A stretch of DNA of 64,000 nucleotides from Bacteriovoracaceae bacterium (GTDB taxonomy: Bacteria; Bdellovibrionota; Bacteriovoracia; Bacteriovoracales; Bacteriovoracaceae). The position numbers and the translations under genes were made by a program. The notes below the pieces were generated by a model. The model did not search any database. It saw only the letters and a program-made list of their open reading frames with translations, and had not been told where the DNA came from. The stretch lies in the NCBI GenBank assembly GCA_018649885.1, contig JABIHA010000122.1:1-64000 (forward strand), given 5' to 3'. This document shows, in pieces, positions 38,482-48,083 of the stretch; position 1 is the first letter of the stretch; each line of letters opens with the position of its first letter.

Positions 38482-40698
38482 ATGAAAGATGAATACGGCC
38501 CATGCAGTGAGAAAAAATTTAAGTTAGATCGCAGGAAATTTGTTCAACTTTCGGCCCTTGGCACGGGGTCCCTATTTTTTAACTCAAATGCTGATGGACT
38601 TGAATCAGCATTTCAAACTCTCCCCTCAGATACGGAAACGATCTCAACTTGCAATCAATGCTATTTGGGTTGTGGAATTATCGCCACTTTAAGAGCAGGA
38701 AAAGTTGTTCAGCTCAGAGGGAATCCTAGCTCGCCGACTAATCGTGGAAAAATTTGTCCCAAGGCGCACGCAGGAGTTTTCAAACTTTATCATCCCGAGA
38801 GAGTCCTTACTCCCATGAAAAGAGTTGGAAAAAGGGGTGAAGGAAAGTTTGTCGCCGTTAGCTGGGAGCACGCGCTAGATTTGATCTCAACTAATTTGAA
38901 AAAAAGTATTGAAGCCTATGGTGGAAAAAGTTTGGCCCTCATGCACAACATAGATAATGCCAGGCCTGATATATACAAAAGGTTTCTCTACTCCCTGGGC
39001 TCTCCTAATTTTTTTGATCACCCGGGATCTGCCGGATTCCATATCGGTGGAGGAATTGCTGCCGGAAAAATAACTTTTACACCTCACTATCAAAAAGCTG
39101 AAAATATTCTAATTGTTGGGGCCAACCCACTCGCCTGTAAAGAATTGTGCTGGTCGGCCAGGGAACTGATGAAGGCAAAGCATAGAGGGGCGACCATTAT
39201 TACCGTTGATCCAAGAATGACGGAAACGGCAATGCACTCGAGCAGGGGAATGTGGGTTCCCATAAAACCGGGTACTGATGGAATATTTCTAGCGGGACTT
39301 TGTAGACACCTTATTGAAACAAATAAGTACGATCATAAATTTGTTGAGCTTCATACTTTTGGTTTTAAAAAATTTAGAGAGCATGTCGCTATTTATACGC
39401 TGGACCAAGTTTGCCAAAAAACGGATATACCCAAAGAGCAATTTTTGAGTGTGGCAAAGGCGATAGCAAAGGGAAAAACGGCCATTGATGGTTTTTCCGG
39501 AATTTCTTTTCAAGCAGATGCAAGCTACACCGGACATATGAAAACGGCCCTTTCAGCACTACTTGGATGTATTGATAGTGAAGGAGGAGTTCTCCCACTT
39601 CCTATTCCAAGAATTGAATTTAAAGATGTGGCGCCTAGTGTTTCTATGCCAATGACTGAGAGAATTGATCGTGGAAATTTTGGAAAATTACCACTTCCAT
39701 TTTTACCACCAGAGAAAAATTTGAGCTTTATTGGAATTGGCCAAAACCTTCCAAAGCATATTTTAAGTGAAAAACCTTACCCCCTAAAATCGCTTATCAT
39801 TAGTTATACAAATCCCGTTTATTCATACCCCGATACCGTTGGTTTTAAAAAGGCCTTAGAAAAATTGGACCTAGTGGTTACAATTGATGCCTTTGTTTCA
39901 GATACAAGTATGTACGCTGATATTATTCTTCCAGGGGCCACCTATCTTGAAGAATATGATTTCAATGACCATTTTCCGCCTTTTCGTGGTGTTGTCATGA
40001 GAAAGCCAGTTGTAAGGCCAAGAGGTCAATCACTTGGAGGCCAAGATATTATAATTAAGCTGGCAAAAAAAATGGGACTTGGAAAACAATTCCCGTTTAA
40101 AGATTATCGCGATTTCTTAGAAAAACAGACCAAAGATTCACCCATTGATTTTAAAAAATTAGAGAAATTTGGCTTTGTGGATACCCAGTACCGTGTAGGC
40201 GAGACACTGGAAAAGGGATTTACAACACCCTCTGGAAGAATTGAGCTCTATAGTAGTGTTTTAGCTTTTTCAAAAACACCACCACTAAAAGTTTTTGATG
40301 CATGGGAAGAGACAAAAGATCCAGCTTATCCATTTTATCTAATATCCTATCGCTTGCCCTATCACGCCAATAATAAGACTGCTAGTAATGCTTATCTTGA
40401 TGCAATTAGTGGTGAAAATCAATTATGGATCAATACCCAAACAGCTAAGAAAATGAATTTACAAACAGGTATGATAGTCAAAATCACCTCAGAAACGGGA
40501 TCCCTAGAAGTCCCCATTTTTGTAACACAAGGAATTCACCCTCAGACCATGGCCTTAAGTCATCATTTTGGTCACAAGGCCTATTCAAAAATTTGCAGAG
40601 GAAAAGGAGCCAGGTTTAATGATGTGGGCTCAGATAAATTCGACCCCATTGGTTTCGGAATGAGTTTTAACACCCGAATCAAAGTGGAAAAAATATGA
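38482..40698 (+). CDS. Tat-exported Mo/W-bisPGD oxidoreductase catalytic subunit (PsrA/PhsA/ArrA-like architecture)
   Basis: DRRKFVQ Tat motif; CNQCYLGC..CPK FS0 cluster; VDPRMTETA, PGTD, ADIILPGATYLE, TPSGRIEL. Confidence 0.92.
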   Translation: MKDEYGPCSEKKFKLDRRKFVQLSALGTGSLFFNSNADGLESAFQTLPSDTETISTCNQCYLGCGIIATLRAGKVVQLRGNPSSPTNRGKICPKAHAGVFKLYHPERVLTPMKRVGKRGEGKFVAVSWEHALDLISTNLKKSIEAYGGKSLALMHNIDNARPDIYKRFLYSLGSPNFFDHPGSAGFHIGGGIAAGKITFTPHYQKAENILIVGANPLACKELCWSARELMKAKHRGATIITVDPRMTETAMHSSRGMWVPIKPGTDGIFLAGLCRHLIETNKYDHKFVELHTFGFKKFREHVAIYTLDQVCQKTDIPKEQFLSVAKAIAKGKTAIDGFSGISFQADASYTGHMKTALSALLGCIDSEGGVLPLPIPRIEFKDVAPSVSMPMTERIDRGNFGKLPLPFLPPEKNLSFIGIGQNLPKHILSEKPYPLKSLIISYTNPVYSYPDTVGFKKALEKLDLVVTIDAFVSDTSMYADIILPGATYLEEYDFNDHFPPFRGVVMRKPVVRPRGQSLGGQDIIIKLAKKMGLGKQFPFKDYRDFLEKQTKDSPIDFKKLEKFGFVDTQYRVGETLEKGFTTPSGRIELYSSVLAFSKTPPLKVFDAWEETKDPAYPFYLISYRLPYHANNKTASNAYLDAISGENQLWINTQTAKKMNLQTGMIVKITSETGSLEVPIFVTQGIHPQTMALSHHFGHKAYSKICRGKGARFNDVGSDKFDPIGFGMSFNTRIKVEKI

Positions 40699-41684
40699 CC
40701 TCTCAGCTCTCTTTTTACAAGCATGATCAGATCAGCTTCTTCAAGTGCTCGCTTATTTGTATTGCCTTAGAGTTGGCAGCACAATACCTCAGACTTCCAA
40801 TATACCCAGGTTGGGTCCCCCTCATTTTTTGGGCAAAAGGAAAAATTGAATTTAAGAGTTTTGAGTCATCAATACTTATTTATACTTTTGGGGTAGCAGC
40901 ACTTACATTTTACTTTCAGGGAATAAATTCATTAGACTACACGCTTAGTTTTACCAGTTTTTCATTAATTTTATTTTTCTCCAAAATTAGAAGACTCGGA
41001 ACAGTATATTCTCTTTTAATACTGACTACCATTTGGTGTTTATTCTCAATTCTTCTTTCTAGTTTCCCTACCGGCTCCATCGGTCTTGAAGTCTTTTTCA
41101 CTGCCGTTTTCACTAGGGTTTTAAAAAGTGAATATATAGGTGCAGTGCTATCGAGACTCTTTTTGATAGCATTAACTTACGCACTAATAAAAATAGCCAG
41201 CGTGATAAAGAGAAAGCTAAGTGGTGGCAAGAAAACGCAGGCCCTTGTACTGGGAGCCGTATTATTAATGTGTAGCTGCCAAAAACAATCAAGCTCCATT
41301 GTAAATAGATTTTCGCCAGCTAGGGACACCAATTCGGAGCAAGTCATTTCTTTTTTTAATGATGAACAAGAAGAAAAAGAAGAACATATCGTTATTGATG
41401 AAGATATTAGAAATAGAGAAACTTGTGTGGGATGCCACGCTGAAAAAGTCAAAAAATCTAAACTACCTAAGAATAAGAAAAACTTTCATGAAATACACTT
41501 TGCCTATGAAAAGATCGATAAAGATTGCACCTTTTGCCATGAAAGTGCAGGTCTTATTGGATTTCCTGCTCTTCTAGGAAAAGGGGATAGGCGTACTCAG
41601 TACAATCAAAAGTGTATTAGTTGTCATAGTAAAAAAATTAGTGGTGGTAAAAAAAGACTTAGCTGGCAAAAGAGGTATTGGTGA
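40695..41684 (+). CDS. Polytopic membrane domain fused to a triheme c-type cytochrome
   Basis: Several hydrophobic helices, then CVGCH, CTFCH, CISCH; overlaps both neighbours. Confidence 0.8.
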   Translation: MTSQLSFYKHDQISFFKCSLICIALELAAQYLRLPIYPGWVPLIFWAKGKIEFKSFESSILIYTFGVAALTFYFQGINSLDYTLSFTSFSLILFFSKIRRLGTVYSLLILTTIWCLFSILLSSFPTGSIGLEVFFTAVFTRVLKSEYIGAVLSRLFLIALTYALIKIASVIKRKLSGGKKTQALVLGAVLLMCSCQKQSSSIVNRFSPARDTNSEQVISFFNDEQEEKEEHIVIDEDIRNRETCVGCHAEKVKKSKLPKNKKNFHEIHFAYEKIDKDCTFCHESAGLIGFPALLGKGDRRTQYNQKCISCHSKKISGGKKRLSWQKRYW

Positions 41685-42235
41685 AAGAGCAAGTTGGCTT
41701 TCTTATTGATGTAAATAAATGTGTGGGATGCCATTCGTGTCGTGTGGCCTGTCAATTTTATAATGACACTGGGCCTGCGGTAAATTTCAGACAAGTGACA
41801 ACCCACCAAAAGGGCCAATTTCCAGACGTAATCCAACATACATTATCGCTTGCCTGCAATCACTGCCATGAACCAGCTTGCATTAAGGTATGTCCCGTAG
41901 AGGCCATTACCAAAAGAAAAAAAGATGGCATTGTTTTTATCGATCCAAAATCTTGTATTGGATGCTTTAGATGTGTTCCCGCTTGTCCATTTGGCGCCCC
42001 AAGAAAAGACTTAGAAAAAAAGATAGCGACAAAGTGTCATTTTTGTATGGACCGACAAGATAGAGGTCTTGAACCGGCCTGTGTTTCAACTTGCTTGGGA
42101 GGGGCCCTCCAGTTCGGTACTTATAAAGAAAGAAAGAATATGGCAGCCGGTAGAGAGCTTGTTCGCCAAATTGAGGGCTTTTCTGATCCCCAGCTAACGA
42201 ACCCTTCTACACGCTTTATCAAACCTTCAAACTAA
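41678..42235 (+). CDS. 4x[4Fe-4S] electron-transfer subunit (DmsB/PsrB-like)
   Basis: CVGCHSCRVAC, CNHCHEPAC..CP, CIGCFRCVPACP, KCHFC..PACVSTC. Confidence 0.93.
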   Translation: MVKEQVGFLIDVNKCVGCHSCRVACQFYNDTGPAVNFRQVTTHQKGQFPDVIQHTLSLACNHCHEPACIKVCPVEAITKRKKDGIVFIDPKSCIGCFRCVPACPFGAPRKDLEKKIATKCHFCMDRQDRGLEPACVSTCLGGALQFGTYKERKNMAAGRELVRQIEGFSDPQLTNPSTRFIKPSN

Positions 42236-43947
42236 AGCTCAAGCTTCGGAACCGAGAGAACTCCAGAACGAGAACTTCCCCAACACTTGATACTCTTGCC
42301 ATCAATACCGCAGGCAAAGTAGCCACCAAGTGAGAATCCTCTAAAATCGGTAAATGCAGGAAAGCTGTGAGTTTTATACCCAGTGTAGCCCCAGCATTTA
42401 AACTTCTTACCATCCTGAGCACAACTATAAATGCTTCCTGTCCCTATATTGACAGGATTAGATAAGCTTGGAGGTGTGGTCTTTTTGTAAGAAGTGTCTC
42501 CCCAACAAGTAACTCCCGCTGAATGAAGTGCACAGGCATGAGAGTAGCCTGCCTGGATTTTTTTCACTCCTTTCATAATGGGAACATTGAGCTGCTTGTA
42601 ATAGTTATTTCCCCAACACTTCACATTCTCCTGGTCAAGAGCACAAGTAAAATTTCCGCCAGCAGTAACTTCTTTCACGGGAAGTTTTAGTTTGGGCTGA
42701 GAGCTTACTTGTTTATTGTAGTCGTAGCCCCAACATTTTAATTGTCCATTTTTTTGAATGGCACATGTGTGATAGGAATTAGAAGTTCCAAGCTTAATTG
42801 GCTCGACTAGAGTTGGAACATTGAGCTGCCTATAAGAATTATTTCCCCAGCACTTGACACCTTTTTTATCAAGAGCACATGTATGAGATTGCCCTGCTGC
42901 AAGTTGAACGGGGGCCTCTAGCACGGGCATCGAGCTTTGCATTGCCCGTCCCCAACACTTCACGCCTTTTTTTGTAATGGCACAAGCGTGCTCTATTCCA
43001 GTGGCAAGAATATTTTCAGGCGGAACCTTGATCCTGTCGACTTTGACTTTCATAGAAGGAGATATAGTGGCAAATCTAATTTGTGAGCTCAAATCGAGTT
43101 CTTTATGAGCATTTAACCCATGGCAATTGAGACCATCCGAGTCTGAGAAAGCACACATGTGAAAATCAGAGGCCCTAAGCATTGTTGGATCTTTGTAGTC
43201 AAACAGACCAGGCAAAACCTTTGTCTCTCCCCAACACTTCATACTGGTCTCTCCCCAAAATGAGAGCAGATCAATAGCACAAGTAAAATCCTTTCCACTT
43301 TGGATAGTTAGAGGATGTTTGAGCACGGGAGCAATAGTTCTACTCCCGGCCCTTGTTCCAAAGCAAAAGGCGACTCTTTCATCTTTTGCGGTCTCATCGA
43401 TTACACAAGTAAAATCCTTTCCCGTTGAAACCATCACTGGATTAATAAGGGATTTTGGCACATCACTCTTGTCGTAAGTATTATCACCCCAGCATTTCAG
43501 CTGTCTTTTGCCAGCACTTACTTGATCAATGACACAAGCGTGATTTTGACCAATATCAATTTGTATAGGCTTAATAGTTCCCGGAGGAGTTAAAAGTGAT
43601 AGTGGGCCTTTGCCTTTACAAAAAAGGTCTGGTCCTTCACTCCAACAAACCACATCTCTTCCAGACTTAAGAACACCTAGACGGTAAATACTCTTGTTCA
43701 AATTGACAGAGCCCATACATTGAAGCTTTCTGGAATTAGCAGCGCATAGATGCTTTCTTCCCAGAGATAACTTTGTTGGATTAGAGATGCTAGGAATCGA
43801 AATTGCCCTTCCCATACAAGATATTTTATTTGTTCCTGAGACCTCTACAATGGCGCAGGTTCTGTTAACCGCCAGCTCCATTTGCATCAGAGTTTCTGAA
43901 AAAAGTTGAGTAGAAAATAATAGGGACAACAAAGCAAAAACTTGCAC
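42232..43947 (-). CDS. Secreted RCC1/BLIP-II repeat protein (paralog 2)
   Basis: Same repeat pattern as 22109-23839; GTG start after GGAGG; signal peptide. Confidence 0.88.
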   Translation of the reverse strand: MQVFALLSLLFSTQLFSETLMQMELAVNRTCAIVEVSGTNKISCMGRAISIPSISNPTKLSLGRKHLCAANSRKLQCMGSVNLNKSIYRLGVLKSGRDVVCWSEGPDLFCKGKGPLSLLTPPGTIKPIQIDIGQNHACVIDQVSAGKRQLKCWGDNTYDKSDVPKSLINPVMVSTGKDFTCVIDETAKDERVAFCFGTRAGSRTIAPVLKHPLTIQSGKDFTCAIDLLSFWGETSMKCWGETKVLPGLFDYKDPTMLRASDFHMCAFSDSDGLNCHGLNAHKELDLSSQIRFATISPSMKVKVDRIKVPPENILATGIEHACAITKKGVKCWGRAMQSSMPVLEAPVQLAAGQSHTCALDKKGVKCWGNNSYRQLNVPTLVEPIKLGTSNSYHTCAIQKNGQLKCWGYDYNKQVSSQPKLKLPVKEVTAGGNFTCALDQENVKCWGNNYYKQLNVPIMKGVKKIQAGYSHACALHSAGVTCWGDTSYKKTTPPSLSNPVNIGTGSIYSCAQDGKKFKCWGYTGYKTHSFPAFTDFRGFSLGGYFACGIDGKSIKCWGSSRSGVLSVPKLEL

Positions 43948-44047
43948 GAGATTCCTCCAATCCATAAGGAAATATTTGATTTCAGAAAATTGTAATTCAA
44001 AAATAGGCTGCACTCAAATGACATCCTATGACATCTTGGCTGCGAAG

Positions 44048-44063
44048 TGGCATTGCCATTGCA
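44048..44063 (+). promoter_or_regulatory. sigma54 promoter of the 44127 lipoprotein
   Basis: TGGCAT-TGCCA-TTGCA, exact -24/-12 spacing, 64 bp before the ATG. Confidence 0.7.
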
Positions 44064-44126
44064 ATAGTAATCTAGAAGTTGAGGACTCCTCATCTGTACT
44101 AGGGGCCAACCGGAAGGAATTCTGTC

Positions 44127-46142
44127 ATGGCCAAACAATTTTTATGGATTTTCCCAGTGTCACTTTTACTCCTATGTGCCTCATGTGGTGGCGATAGTGA
44201 TAAAAATGAATATGAGGAATCGGGTCAATACTCCCAAGGAAGTGCAACCTTAAGCACTTTATTTGATGTTGCTGGAGCTCGCGCCGTCTTAAGTGTGGGA
44301 GGCAGCAGTGCTGGCAGCGACGATATAATAAAAATCTATTCAAGCGGAGGCCACCGCTCAATTTTTCGAAATATTCATCATAGATGGGACCTGCGAATTG
44401 CTGCCCTTGAGGTTGGTCCCGACGGCTCTCTATATATAGGACTCAATTGGGGCGTTTGGATTGTCGATGATTTATCGCCCAACCGTTCAGGAGAAATTCC
44501 TGACTTTTCCGCTTCGCCTGCAGGTCAAAGCGTTGCCCTTTTTAGAATAAGGCCAAATGGGCAAACGGAAGTAGTTGACCCTGACATTTCTGGTATTCGA
44601 AAAGACAATGGCAGCGAGATGACAAATTATTCACCCATCCAGTTTGATCGGCTAGGTAATGTTTATTATCTTGGACAGTCTGGCGGAACAAATGTTCTAA
44701 AAATGAAAACTCCATCAGGAGGAATTCAGCAAATCGGCAATGCCAGAATGAATATTCGAGATTACCGCGTTTCAAAAGAAGGTAGAGTTGTCTTCCATGG
44801 CAATAATGAAGATGATTGGAATTCTGAATGGCTCAGGATTTATAACCCGGACTCAAGTGTAACAAATGTATATTATAGAAATGGTTCTGGATGGTTAAGA
44901 TCCTATTACATAGATCACAGTGGCAATATCATCTTAGTAGGAGAAGCTCTCACTATGGGAAGTGAGCTCACTGGAGCTAGAAAGTACAACGGTATAATAA
45001 AGGCCAGTGTTGATGGAGTAGGAAAAGTTTATGCAATAGATGTGCTCTATAGTGATTACTCCGCAAATATTAATCCAGATAATTTAATTGAAAATTTGCT
45101 GTGGGGTTTTTGGAATAATAACCATCAACTCAATTTTTTCAAAAAAAATACTTATGGAGGTATTTTAGATCCTCTTCAGCTTGATGATGACATGACAAAT
45201 CGTGGCATCTCAGAATTTATTAAATCAATTTACTATAATAGTGACTCCCTACTTCCTGGATTAGATGAAGTTGATTTCTCGCTCCTAGCATCAAGTCGTT
45301 TGCCTAGGGCCATAAAAAAAGAATGGTTTAGTGAACTACTAAATTCACTTGATGATAAATCTGACATACATTTTCTTCTGGAGAACTACTCGCTTGAGCT
45401 AGACTACTATAGGTATTCCCACGATTACGGGTCGAGTACTGATATTGGGCGTAGGGTAGCATCAATTTTTAGAAAGCTTGAATTCCTTGGTTTGATTTCA
45501 CTTGATCCTGATAGTCCTAGTGAGGATATCCACAATATTGAAACAATAAGTTCTATTAGTGAAGTACTCAGAGAGTTGGTATTTTCATTGGTACCTGAAG
45601 ATGCTGTTTCGCTCTATGAATGGAGAAAAGACAATGGCCTGAACGGAGTCCGTTTTTCATGGGCCAAACAATTAATCTCATCAGAGAATGGATCAATGTA
45701 TGCAGTGATGGGTATGGACCAGTGGGGCGCTGGAGAAGGACAAGGCGATCGACTATATCAAATTCTTGGTGCTAGTGGTGTACTTGAACTTAAGGCCTTT
45801 ACCAGTGGGCCTGATTATTCCACTATAAAAGCAGCTAAGTTTGCAGATAAAAGGATGATTTATATTTCCACAATCTTGGGAACCAGTAAAATTCTTTCAC
45901 AAGACTTAGATGATCACGAAAGCCTACCTTTAAACTTAACAAATGGAAGAGGTGATATTGAAATTTTTGATTTTGCCTTTAGAAAAGATCAGGTTTCTCA
46001 AAAATTGATCTATGATGTATATGATTTAAGTAATAACACCTCTTACTTTGTAGAACAAAACTATGTCACTCGTGAAATTTACCAGCAAAATGCATTACAA
46101 AATATTAGCGTGTCAGGAGTATTAAGCTTTGAAGCAAATTAG
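44127..46142 (+). CDS. Lipoprotein, probable beta-propeller with helical insertion
   Basis: Lipobox LLCAS-C; blade-like VGPDGSLYIG, FDRLGNVYY, IDHSGNII. Confidence 0.75.
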   Translation: MAKQFLWIFPVSLLLLCASCGGDSDKNEYEESGQYSQGSATLSTLFDVAGARAVLSVGGSSAGSDDIIKIYSSGGHRSIFRNIHHRWDLRIAALEVGPDGSLYIGLNWGVWIVDDLSPNRSGEIPDFSASPAGQSVALFRIRPNGQTEVVDPDISGIRKDNGSEMTNYSPIQFDRLGNVYYLGQSGGTNVLKMKTPSGGIQQIGNARMNIRDYRVSKEGRVVFHGNNEDDWNSEWLRIYNPDSSVTNVYYRNGSGWLRSYYIDHSGNIILVGEALTMGSELTGARKYNGIIKASVDGVGKVYAIDVLYSDYSANINPDNLIENLLWGFWNNNHQLNFFKKNTYGGILDPLQLDDDMTNRGISEFIKSIYYNSDSLLPGLDEVDFSLLASSRLPRAIKKEWFSELLNSLDDKSDIHFLLENYSLELDYYRYSHDYGSSTDIGRRVASIFRKLEFLGLISLDPDSPSEDIHNIETISSISEVLRELVFSLVPEDAVSLYEWRKDNGLNGVRFSWAKQLISSENGSMYAVMGMDQWGAGEGQGDRLYQILGASGVLELKAFTSGPDYSTIKAAKFADKRMIYISTILGTSKILSQDLDDHESLPLNLTNGRGDIEIFDFAFRKDQVSQKLIYDVYDLSNNTSYFVEQNYVTREIYQQNALQNISVSGVLSFEAN

Positions 46143-46151
46143 GCTGGAATT

Positions 46152-48083
46152 CTATTTATAACTTCGCGTGCTCAGTTTTACGAAATTAAATTGAAGCTCT
46201 TCAATATGTCTTAAAGGCAGTCCATTTTTGACATATTCCCAGGCAGCAACATGACAAAAAGAGTCGTCATCTCTTAGAGCCTCACCTTCATCGTCAACAA
46301 AATCTTGGCGGTAGTGGGCTCCGCATGATTCTTTTCTTTCTAGAGCATCGCGGGCCATTAAAAGCCCAAGCTCAATTGTATCTTCAACTCTTAAGGCCTT
46401 TTCAAGCTCAGAGTTCATGGTATTTTCACTGCCTACTAGTAGAAGGTCAAGGTAGAATTCTTTTTTAATCTTTTCAATTTTAGAAACTGCCAAAACAAGG
46501 GACTCTTCACTTCTTTCAATCCCCACATCTTGAAACATGATTTTACCGAGTTCCCGGTGGAATTGATCAGCAGTCTTATTGCCTTTAATCCCCTTTAGTT
46601 TTGATATTCTCTCTTTAATAGAATTCAAACTGCACTCAAACTCAGGGTGGGTTCCATCAACTTTTTCAAGCTTGGTAGAAACCTCTCCCAGGTAGGCACT
46701 TACAGTTGTTGGTAGTACAAAAGTACCATCCGTCATGGCAGACATAAGCGAGTTAGCGCCCAATCTATTGGCCCCGTGATATTCGTAACTACACTCTCCT
46801 CCAGCAAATAACCCTTCAATACTTGTCATCAGATTATAATCGACCCACAACCCTCCCATAGTAAAATGAGCTGTAGGAAAAATTCTCATGGGTTCGACGT
46901 AGGGATTTTCATTGGTAATATGGTGATACATTTCAAAGAGGTTCCCATACTTACCTTCAATTACTTCTTTTCCATCTCTTTCAATGGCATCTTTAAAATC
47001 AAGATAAACGGCAACTTTTGTAGGTCCTACTCCGTGCCCACTATCCACGGCCTGCTTTATGGCCCTTGAGGTAATATCTCTGGGAGTCAAATTGCCAAAG
47101 GATGGATATCTCCTTTCAAGAAAATAGTCCCTTTCAGTTTCTGGGATATCACATGCCTTTCTTGTTTCATCTTTTTTAATGGGAACCCAGATCCTTCCGT
47201 CATTTCTTAAGGCCTCAGACATTAGCGTTTGTTTTGACATATGGTCTGAAGAAATGGGAAGTGCTGTGGGATGAATTTGGGTGAAACAGGGATTTGCCAT
47301 ATAGGCACCCTTTTTATAGCACTGAATTTGAGAAGCCCCATTTGAGGCCATAGCATTTGTAGATAAAAAATAGGTTTTACAAAATCCACCCGTGGCCAAG
47401 ATGACAGCATCTGCGTGGTGAGTTTCTAATTCGCCAGTGACTAGGTTTCTTGTAACAATTCCGCGGGCCCTACCACCAATCACCACTAAATCGAGCATTT
47501 CTGATCTAGTGTGTAGGGTGACTTTCTTTGAATGGACCTCTTTTAATAGTGAGCCGTAAACTCCTAATAATAGTTGTTGTCCTGTTTGACCTCTAGAATA
47601 AAAAGTTCTGGAAACTTGCACTCCTCCAAAGGATCTATTGGCAAGTCCTCCACCATATTCTCTGGTGAAAGGCACACCACAAGCAACAGCATGATCAATG
47701 ATTTTATTCGCACATTGTGAAAGTCTATATACACTGTATTCATTAGATCTAAAATCTCCGCCCTTTACTGTGTCATAGAATAGCCTCCACACACTATCCC
47801 CATCATTTGGATAATTCTTGGCACCATTGACACCTCCCTGAGCTGCAATGGAGTGAGATCTTCTTGGACTATCTAGTAGAGTAAAAGCATGGATATTAAA
47901 ACCCATTTCCGCCAGTGCAGCTGAAGCTCCTCCGCCAGCAAGACCAGTCCCCACAACAATGATTTTAAATTTACTTCTATTTGCTGGGTTCACCAGCTTT
48001 AAGTTAAAGCAGTGCCTATCCCAAGCAGTTTTGATATCCCCAGTAGGGGCCTTTTTATCAAGTTTTTTAATCTCTATTCCCAT
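46152..48083 (-). CDS. sdhA: Succinate dehydrogenase/fumarate reductase flavoprotein subunit
   Basis: GTGLAG, RRSHSIAAQGG, QIHPT, SEALR, HFTMGG, HGANRLGANSL, ESCGAH. Confidence 0.93.
   Translation of the reverse strand: MGIEIKKLDKKAPTGDIKTAWDRHCFNLKLVNPANRSKFKIIVVGTGLAGGGASAALAEMGFNIHAFTLLDSPRRSHSIAAQGGVNGAKNYPNDGDSVWRLFYDTVKGGDFRSNEYSVYRLSQCANKIIDHAVACGVPFTREYGGGLANRSFGGVQVSRTFYSRGQTGQQLLLGVYGSLLKEVHSKKVTLHTRSEMLDLVVIGGRARGIVTRNLVTGELETHHADAVILATGGFCKTYFLSTNAMASNGASQIQCYKKGAYMANPCFTQIHPTALPISSDHMSKQTLMSEALRNDGRIWVPIKKDETRKACDIPETERDYFLERRYPSFGNLTPRDITSRAIKQAVDSGHGVGPTKVAVYLDFKDAIERDGKEVIEGKYGNLFEMYHHITNENPYVEPMRIFPTAHFTMGGLWVDYNLMTSIEGLFAGGECSYEYHGANRLGANSLMSAMTDGTFVLPTTVSAYLGEVSTKLEKVDGTHPEFECSLNSIKERISKLKGIKGNKTADQFHRELGKIMFQDVGIERSEESLVLAVSKIEKIKKEFYLDLLLVGSENTMNSELEKALRVEDTIELGLLMARDALERKESCGAHYRQDFVDDEGEALRDDDSFCHVAAWEYVKNGLPLRHIEELQFNFVKLSTRSYK

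Noticed and set aside
38482..42235. Selenocysteine recoding in the molybdoenzyme operon
   Set aside because: No in-frame TGA at or near the ligand position
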